From Promethearchaeota archaeon (lineage in GTDB: Archaea; Asgardarchaeota; Lokiarchaeia; Sigyniarchaeales; SOKP01): a stretch of 11,599 bases of DNA. The first letter of the stretch is position 1. The number at the start of each line of letters is the position of its first letter. Below are positions 5,441 to 11,599 of the stretch, piece by piece. The notes below the pieces were generated by a model. It was given only the letters and a program-made list of their open reading frames with translations. It did not search any database and had not been told where the DNA came from. The DNA lies in the NCBI GenBank assembly GCA_048938005.1, contig JBHLMQ010000058.1, positions 6,840 through 18,438 on the forward strand, given 5' to 3'. The position numbers and the translations under genes are program-made.

Positions 5441-6172
5441 ATGCTCGCGTTTATGAAAGAAAAGGTAAGAAAATTCCAAGAATTTATTGATTATAAATTT
5501 AAAAATGAACAACTTTTGGCCCAAAGCTTAACAACTCCCAGTTTATCGAATGAAATAGGAGAACCTAGCTATGAGTTTTTAGAAACATTAGGAGATGCAG
5601 TAATTAAAATAATATTTATTCTAAAGTTATATCGAATGGGCATAATAGATTCGGGAGAAATTACAAAAATTAAAGCAAATTTAGAAAGTGATAATGCCCT
5701 AAAAAAAGTAGCAAAAAAAATTAATTTGGAAAATTTTATCTTCAAAGCCGAGAATCAAAGAGTAAAAGATACTCGGATTCTAGCAGATGTGTTTGAAGCA
5801 ATATGTGGAGCCTTATTTCTTGATTCTAACTGTAATTTGAATATAGTTGAGCAAAAAGTTATTGATGTTTTTTATGAAGATTTTGATTATATTATTCAAG
5901 ATTCAATGATTTCAAGTAAAAATGTATTATTAGAGTATTTACAGGAAAAATTCAAAATTAGTATTGTCATTAAACTTGAATATGAAAAAAGTGGATTTGA
6001 ACATAATCCCTTGTGGCTTGCCAAAAATCCAAGGATTTTAGAAAAAGATAGTGAAAAAGAACTAATAAAAATACCAAGGAACTTAAAATCAGATAAATTT
6101 AGCAACAAAAAAGATGCAGATAAGAATCTTTACGCAAAAATTCTAAAACATTTAAAAAATAAAGAAAAATAG
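5441..6172 (+). CDS. rnc: Ribonuclease III (RNase III domain plus divergent dsRNA-binding domain)
   Basis: I-x-Y-x-FKN-x-x-LL-x-Q-x-LT, signature-like YEFLETLGDAVI (canonical ERLEFLGD) and LADVFEAICGALFLD. The C-terminus is dsRBD-like: SKNVLLEYLQ...SGFEHNPLW...NKKDADKNLYAKILKHL. An alternative start is ATG 5453. Confidence 0.92.
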   Translation: MLAFMKEKVRKFQEFIDYKFKNEQLLAQSLTTPSLSNEIGEPSYEFLETLGDAVIKIIFILKLYRMGIIDSGEITKIKANLESDNALKKVAKKINLENFIFKAENQRVKDTRILADVFEAICGALFLDSNCNLNIVEQKVIDVFYEDFDYIIQDSMISSKNVLLEYLQEKFKISIVIKLEYEKSGFEHNPLWLAKNPRILEKDSEKELIKIPRNLKSDKFSNKKDADKNLYAKILKHLKNKEK

Positions 6173-6190
6173 TATGAGCTTATTTGACTC

Positions 6191-6213
6191 TTTTTTAATT
6201 TTTACTTTTATTT
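6191..6213 (+). terminator. Oligo-T tract, probable archaeal-type intrinsic terminator of rnc
   Basis: TTTTTTAATTTTTACTTTTATTT begins 18 nt after the rnc stop. Specificity is weak in AT-rich DNA. Confidence 0.4.
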
Positions 6214-6294
6214 GGAATCAATTAAGGATATTAAATCTTCTAGCAAGTTAGAACCTTAATTTTTAAAAGATTTATAGTATTTTTATATCCGTAC

Positions 6295-6323
6295 CAGATT
6301 GATAATCTGAAAAAGTTTATTTT
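6295..6323 (+). promoter_or_regulatory. Inverted repeat CAGATT-gat-AATCTG abutting a BRE/TATA-like element upstream of the ABC operon
   Basis: Perfect 6-3-6 palindrome at 6295-6309, directly followed by AAAAAGTTTATTTT, about 60 nt before ATG 6381. Confidence 0.4.
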
Positions 6324-6380
6324 ACCATTATGATATTATTTGTTAGAAAGAAGGAAAAATTAGAATAAAGAGAATTTCAA

Positions 6381-7559
6381 ATGTCTAAATTACCAGAAAT
6401 TGAAAAAACTCCATTAATGGAACAATACGAGGAAGAAACAGGAAACCTCGCAATTTGGAAAGGAGAGCTTTCTAAAAAATATAAAAAATGGATAAAAAAG
6501 AAAGAACAAGATAAAATTAAGCAAATGAAAACAGAGATCCTTATTCAATCTCGTATAGAAAAGAAGAAGATGAAAAAAGAATTTAAAGAAGATAAAGTTG
6601 CGGGTAAGGACTATGAACACTTAATAGTAGTCGAAAATTTACATAAAACATATCTCCTTGGGACAACAGCTGTCGCAGCACTTCGCGGTGTTGACTTAAC
6701 AATAGATAATGGCGATTTTATTGATATTATGGGTCCATCAGGCTCAGGAAAAACAACACTCTTGAACTTGATAGGTGGATTAGATACACCTACCAGAGGA
6801 AAAATCTTCCTAGAGGGCCGTAATATTTCAATGCTTTCAGATAATGACTTAGCAGAGATAAGGCGTGAAAGAATTGGATTTGTTTTTCAATTTTATAATT
6901 TACTTCCCCAAATGACTGCTTTAGAAAATGTTATGGTACCTTTACATTTTTCAGGGAAATTAAGTCGTCGAGGTAAAAGGAAAAAAGCAATGGATCTTCT
7001 AAGGCTAGTAGGTTTAGATGAAAGAGCACATCATACTCCATCAGAATTAAGTGGAGGTGAACAGCAGAGGGTTGCTATAGCAAGAGCTTTCTCTAACGAT
7101 CCCGCGATTTGTGTATTAGATGAGCCAACCGGTGATTTAGATTCAAAAACAGGAGTTATGATTTTAAATCTTCTTAGAGATTTAAATAGAAGAGGAGCAA
7201 CTTTCGTCGCAGTAAGTCACGATGCTGCTGTCTCTGAATTTGCAACAAGAGTCTTTCATATGAGAGATGGAAAACTTACTCATGAAGGGAAAATAGGTGG
7301 CTTAAAAGAAACTGAGATTATGCAACTTAAAAGACAGCAAGATAACGAAATAAATAAAGAAAAATGTAAAAGCAAGATTATTCAGTATCTATATGCAAAC
7401 CAGGGAAAATTAGAAATTCCCTTGAATGATATTAAAGATAGTATTCCCAATTCTATAATTATAAATTTACCAGAACACTTTAATGATATATTGCAGGAAT
7501 TAATCGAAGAAAACAATTTTTTTGGGAGAATTGAAGGAGAGTTATTAATTTTGAATTAA
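6381..7559 (+). CDS. ABC transporter ATP-binding protein, LolD/MacB/FtsE (MJ0796-like) family, with about 80-aa N-terminal and about 90-aa C-terminal extensions
   Basis: Walker A GPSGSGKT, Q-loop IGFVFQFYNLL, signature LSGGEQQRVAIARA, Walker B/D-loop ICVLDEPTGDLD and H-loop VSHD are all intact. Confidence 0.97.
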   Translation: MSKLPEIEKTPLMEQYEEETGNLAIWKGELSKKYKKWIKKKEQDKIKQMKTEILIQSRIEKKKMKKEFKEDKVAGKDYEHLIVVENLHKTYLLGTTAVAALRGVDLTIDNGDFIDIMGPSGSGKTTLLNLIGGLDTPTRGKIFLEGRNISMLSDNDLAEIRRERIGFVFQFYNLLPQMTALENVMVPLHFSGKLSRRGKRKKAMDLLRLVGLDERAHHTPSELSGGEQQRVAIARAFSNDPAICVLDEPTGDLDSKTGVMILNLLRDLNRRGATFVAVSHDAAVSEFATRVFHMRDGKLTHEGKIGGLKETEIMQLKRQQDNEINKEKCKSKIIQYLYANQGKLEIPLNDIKDSIPNSIIINLPEHFNDILQELIEENNFFGRIEGELLILN

Positions 7560-7607
7560 AATTGGGGTAATAGGGATTAAATCAAAATCTAAATTTTTTT
7601 AATTCAC

Positions 7608-10601
7608 ATGACACACATTAAGCTAGTTTTTAAGTATGCGTTTCTAGATTTAAGAAAACAAAAGATTAGAACGGTATTAGCAGTTATAGGAATGTTGATT
7701 TCTATAGGACTTCTCACTGTAGTCTTATTTTTATCAGATTCTATTGCTGTGGGTTACACAGACTATTTATCTATAGATTCGGGAAATCAAGATGCTGTAA
7801 TCTCCGTAAGGCATTATAATGAAGAACCTATTAATAGATCGTCTTATTTTGAATATAATCCGATAATTGAAAAAGTTAAGAATGTCTCCAATGCTATAGA
7901 ATATTTTATTCCAAGAATGGATATACAAGGAACTGTTAAAAATAATATCACAAATGAAGATGAATGGACTACAATTTCAGCAATCAACTTTTCTTTAGAA
8001 AATAGTATCAATTTTGGGAATTTTATAATTCCGAATTCTAATAGTTTCCTTGATCTTGACGAATTGCCATTGGATCATTGTGCTATTTATGATGGATTTA
8101 ATGATATTATTGAATATTCTGAAAATGATAGTATTGAAATTAAGATGCAATTAATGCATGGAGATACACCATTATACAGAACACGAAATCTAACTATAGA
8201 TAAAATTTTTGATTTTAACTTAAAATGGCCGGCAGAATATCGTGATAAGAATCTAATTATAGTTGATATTAATACACTTTATCAATATTTTGGATTTGGA
8301 GAATTTGAAGGAAAATGCAGTGATTTAATATTAACTTTAAAAGATAGTAGTAAACTCTATGATATTAGGAATTTTGAAAGTTCTAAACTTATTGTGAAGA
8401 ATATCTTTGCCGATATTCAGATAGCAATAGGAATTAATGAATATAATATAGATTTACCTAAATTACGAACTTTAGGATTTGCTGAATTTTTAAGTGTATT
8501 TATAGTTATAGTTTTTGTTTTTGTATCAATTGTGGCTATGATGATTTCAGGGGTACTTATTAATGGAATCTTAAAAACTTCTGTAGAAGAACGAATTAGA
8601 GAATTCGGTATATTCCGAACTTTAGGTGCGAATAAAAGATATAATTTAGCAATAGTATTAATGCAGGGTTTTTTATTATGTAATTTTGGGGCTATTTCTG
8701 GAATTGTCACAGCATTTCTTCTCTCTAATTATGTAATTATACCTTTTGCAAACACAGTAGTTGCACAGAGCGCGTTAGGTATTGGAACAATACCTTTCTC
8801 TTTTACTTGGACGTCAGTTTTCATATCATATATTATGGGTCTTGGTGTAGGAATGATAGTTAGTATCGCTCCTGCTTATAAAGTGATGCGTCTTCAATTA
8901 ATTGAATCAATTCACCCTTACCGTCATGAAGATACATTGTATCATTTACAAAAAAAGGCTACAATCAACTATAAATTAATTCTAGTTGGAATAATCCTAG
9001 CATTTAATGGAGGATTTGTTTTTTATGTGATTCCAAGAATTATGGTTTCAAGTGACATGACGTTATTCGCGGGAACATTAATAGCTATATTACTAATATT
9101 TAATATTGGTTTAACACTTGCAGGATTGGGATTAATACCTGTGATATTAAGGCTGGTAATTGAACTATTTCGACCATTAGCAAGAAAATTACATAATGTT
9201 ATTAAGATTTTTGTTTTTCGATATCAGCGTAGAAATTCGAGTACTATCATGATCTTTGCATTGTCGTTCTCATTTGTTATTTTTACTTCATCTCTTATCA
9301 ATACTTTATCGGGACAAATAGGTGCTATGACTAATTTAAGGTTTGGATCAGATCTAGTTATTGAAACTACTGGATGGGAAGAACCTGAAGGTGGTTTTAC
9401 AGGTATATTTGGAGGGGGTTCTTTTGGTGCTATGACTAGTGAGGGAAATTCTGCTAATCCAAAATTAGATTCATTAAAAATACAGAATTTTGATAATTCA
9501 ATTAACCCAAATAGAATCATAACAACTGAATTTGAAGAAGAATTGTTGACTATAGATGGTATTGAGAAAGTATCGTCTGTGTTAGCAAAACCATATCAGT
9601 TAACTCAAATATATGCTGAAGAAAATAAAGAGTTTGTTGCAGAAATAGGTGATTATACAGGATTAACTACCCAAGAAGTAACATTAATTGCAATTGATGA
9701 GGAATACCTTTTTACCATAAAAAGTGAATATATTGAAATGACTTCGGGAAATGTAGAAAATGCCTTTAACAATCTTTTTTACAATAATCAAACATATACC
9801 TGTATCATTTCTGAAGCAATATCAATAGATATGGATTTATTAATCGGCGATAGGGTTCGAATTGTTGTTCAGAGAGGAGATGAATTAGAAGTATATCCTT
9901 TTTTAATTGTTGGAACAGCTAAAAGCATGCCAGGATTTTCTCAAGAGTTTGGAGCATCACCGATGAGTGCGCCTAGAGGTGGTGTGTTAATTTCTCAAGC
10001 AACATATATTGAAATTATGGACATTCCTCCAGTACCTTACTTAGATAGGATTTTTATTAAACTTCGAGAAGATAAGGTATCAGATACTCAAGATATTGAG
10101 GAAACTATTGATAAATCCTATCAAACAGTTTATAATTATGAAATAACCAACCTAGCAAGGAGGATAGCGCAACAAAGGTCGGCTTTTCATGTATTAGATA
10201 TTCTCTTTACTCTTATAGCTCTTACTACAGTATTTATATGCGTTTTTGGATTATTATCTTCGTCATATTCGACAATAATTGAAAGGAAAAAAGAAATCGG
10301 TATAATAAGAACCTTAGGTTTAAGGGGGAAAGAAATTAATCGTTTGTTTATACTTGAATCTTTAATAATTATGTTTAGTAGTGGAACTATAGGAATTGTT
10401 GTAGGTTGGTTAACAGCATGGCTAGTAACATCAAATTTAATGGGTACTTTAGTGGGTATGCCAAATGTGTTGTATGTTCCTTGGTTTAACATCATTTTAA
10501 TTTATATTCTTTCTTTTTTAATGATCTTTTTTGGAATGAAAATATTGTTAAGAAAAGCCAGAAAGAAGAAAATTGTTGAAATTTATAGAGAGACAGTTTA
10601 G
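7608..10601 (+). CDS. ABC transporter permease, MacB/FtsX (type VII) family with two FtsX modules, about 10 TM helices
   Basis: N-terminal AFLDLRKQKIRTVLAVIG amphipathic plus TM segment. Two coupling motifs, EERIREFGIFRTLGA and IERKKEIGIIRTLGL. Two large extracytoplasmic domains. Starts 48 bp after the ATPase. Confidence 0.95.
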   Translation: MTHIKLVFKYAFLDLRKQKIRTVLAVIGMLISIGLLTVVLFLSDSIAVGYTDYLSIDSGNQDAVISVRHYNEEPINRSSYFEYNPIIEKVKNVSNAIEYFIPRMDIQGTVKNNITNEDEWTTISAINFSLENSINFGNFIIPNSNSFLDLDELPLDHCAIYDGFNDIIEYSENDSIEIKMQLMHGDTPLYRTRNLTIDKIFDFNLKWPAEYRDKNLIIVDINTLYQYFGFGEFEGKCSDLILTLKDSSKLYDIRNFESSKLIVKNIFADIQIAIGINEYNIDLPKLRTLGFAEFLSVFIVIVFVFVSIVAMMISGVLINGILKTSVEERIREFGIFRTLGANKRYNLAIVLMQGFLLCNFGAISGIVTAFLLSNYVIIPFANTVVAQSALGIGTIPFSFTWTSVFISYIMGLGVGMIVSIAPAYKVMRLQLIESIHPYRHEDTLYHLQKKATINYKLILVGIILAFNGGFVFYVIPRIMVSSDMTLFAGTLIAILLIFNIGLTLAGLGLIPVILRLVIELFRPLARKLHNVIKIFVFRYQRRNSSTIMIFALSFSFVIFTSSLINTLSGQIGAMTNLRFGSDLVIETTGWEEPEGGFTGIFGGGSFGAMTSEGNSANPKLDSLKIQNFDNSINPNRIITTEFEEELLTIDGIEKVSSVLAKPYQLTQIYAEENKEFVAEIGDYTGLTTQEVTLIAIDEEYLFTIKSEYIEMTSGNVENAFNNLFYNNQTYTCIISEAISIDMDLLIGDRVRIVVQRGDELEVYPFLIVGTAKSMPGFSQEFGASPMSAPRGGVLISQATYIEIMDIPPVPYLDRIFIKLREDKVSDTQDIEETIDKSYQTVYNYEITNLARRIAQQRSAFHVLDILFTLIALTTVFICVFGLLSSSYSTIIERKKEIGIIRTLGLRGKEINRLFILESLIIMFSSGTIGIVVGWLTAWLVTSNLMGTLVGMPNVLYVPWFNIILIYILSFLMIFFGMKILLRKARKKKIVEIYRETV

Positions 10602-10615
10602 GGGGATCAAAAACA

Positions 10616-11599
10616 TTGAAAAAAAATAAAATGGTAATTGGTTTTATTCTGATTCTAATAATATTTCTTACACCCCTAACTTTAAGTTTAAATATTAACA
10701 AAAAAAGGATATATTTAGAAGAGAATAACCTTATAGACAAGCTTGAGAATGAATTAGAATTATCTGATATTGCTGGATCAGACCTTTATGCTGAAAGTAT
10801 TAATGCATATGTGGCCGGTAATAAATCTATAATAAAACAATCTCTTTTTACAAATGACACGAATATCCTTTCTCAATTTGATTCTCATGATCCTGCTTTT
10901 TATAAGTGTAATATCATCATAAGTGCTTCTAATGGAATTAATCCAAGTATTTTCCCAACAATATTAACAGAAAGTGAAATCCCTTCTCAATTTGCTATGG
11001 GATTCAATAACTTTGTAGGGTTTCTTTATTATGATGAGGAGTTAAATGCTGATGATGCGGAATTAAGAGCAGAGAGAGCACTTGAGATAATTAAAAGAAA
11101 ATTTTTGATTGATCTTATAATGGTTAATGTATCAGAACCGAATTTTTTTCCTTTTATTGGTTCTTGCCCTAATTGGGAGTGTTTTCTTAGTGAACTTACA
11201 AATAATTTTCCAATGGATGGATATTGGAAAGCCTTAAATTTTAAGCGCCTAATTAATCAAACATATATAGAAAATCATCATATTTCCTCAACTTTCATGC
11301 TCCTGAATTCATTAGATTTTTTTGAAGGAGATTTTGATATATCGACAGATCAAATAAATTTCAACACAAAATCTATAGATTTATCCTTCTTAGAAAATTT
11401 GGAATTGCAAAACCTCATGGATCAATTGGATGCCGCATTAGAGAATTATGGAGATTTATTTAATGCTACAATTTCAGAAGAAGAATTAGAACAATTTATT
11501 GAAGTCTTTAGGTCGCTTACACTTACGAATAATTCGCATTATACAAGTATATCAATACAATATGAAGGCTTGGATGAAGGAATACAAAGAATTAGCAAA
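10616..11599 (+). CDS. Large secreted or membrane-anchored hypothetical (glyco)protein, 3'-truncated by the window edge (at least 328 codons)
   Basis: Not in the ORF track because it has no stop. The frame is open from TTG 10616 (or ATG 10631) to the end: MKKNKMVIGFILILIIFLTPLTLSLNINKKRIYLEENNLIDKLENELELSDIAGSDLYAESINAYVAGNKSIIKQSLFTNDTNIL...QYEGLDEGIQRISK. It has a basic n-region plus hydrophobic h-region, and GGGGGAT lies 8 nt before the TTG. Confidence 0.9.
   Translation, partial: MKKNKMVIGFILILIIFLTPLTLSLNINKKRIYLEENNLIDKLENELELSDIAGSDLYAESINAYVAGNKSIIKQSLFTNDTNILSQFDSHDPAFYKCNIIISASNGINPSIFPTILTESEIPSQFAMGFNNFVGFLYYDEELNADDAELRAERALEIIKRKFLIDLIMVNVSEPNFFPFIGSCPNWECFLSELTNNFPMDGYWKALNFKRLINQTYIENHHISSTFMLLNSLDFFEGDFDISTDQINFNTKSIDLSFLENLELQNLMDQLDAALENYGDLFNATISEEELEQFIEVFRSLTLTNNSHYTSISIQYEGLDEGIQRISK

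Noticed and set aside
5896-6108. 70-aa - strand ORF
   Set aside because: Antisense to rnc. Its F/L/S-rich composition simply mirrors the K/E-rich sense codons.
6414-6620. 68-aa Phe-rich - strand ORF resembling a membrane peptide or toxin
   Set aside because: The Phe/Leu richness is the reverse complement of the AAA/GAA codons of the ATPase N-terminal extension.
8417-10740. Four - strand ORFs (8417-8710, 9224-9520, 10187-10495, 10492-10740)
   Set aside because: All are antisense shadows of the permease or the secreted-protein gene, with no motifs or independent expression signals.
1-11599. Mobile element, prophage, defence island or genome-wide stop-codon recoding
   Set aside because: No transposase, integrase, terminal repeats or obvious compositional break. 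All recognisable proteins have intact motifs under the standard code, and TAA and TAG both terminate genes.

Overview
This is an AT-rich (visibly below about 30% GC), gene-dense chromosomal window of archaeal character. The evidence is TATA/BRE-like promoters, GGTGA/GTGAT-type ribosome-binding sites, an RpoM/TFS-type zinc ribbon and N-X-S/T-rich extracellular domains. The gene mix fits a Lokiarchaeia/Asgard-type genome (inference only). Left to right: the 3' part of a PIG-L/LmbE deacetylase, a stand-alone ADP-forming acyl-CoA synthetase alpha subunit, two tandem glycerophosphodiester phosphodiesterases, a 408-bp repeat- and palindrome-rich divergent intergenic region, a TFS/Rpb9-like protein with only the N-terminal zinc ribbon, an SCP2-like lipid-binding protein, an all-helical hypothetical protein divergent from a bacterial-type RNase III, and a three-gene export operon. 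That operon comprises a LolD/MacB-type ATPase with unusual N- and C-terminal extensions, a 997-aa double-FtsX permease, and a large secreted glycoprotein-like ORF that runs off the right edge and is missing from the ORF track. No rRNA, tRNA, CRISPR array or mobile element is evident. Top leads are the truncated TFS-like factor with its structured upstream region, the divergent RNase III/orphan pair, and the ABC ATPase carrying a winged-helix-like tail.
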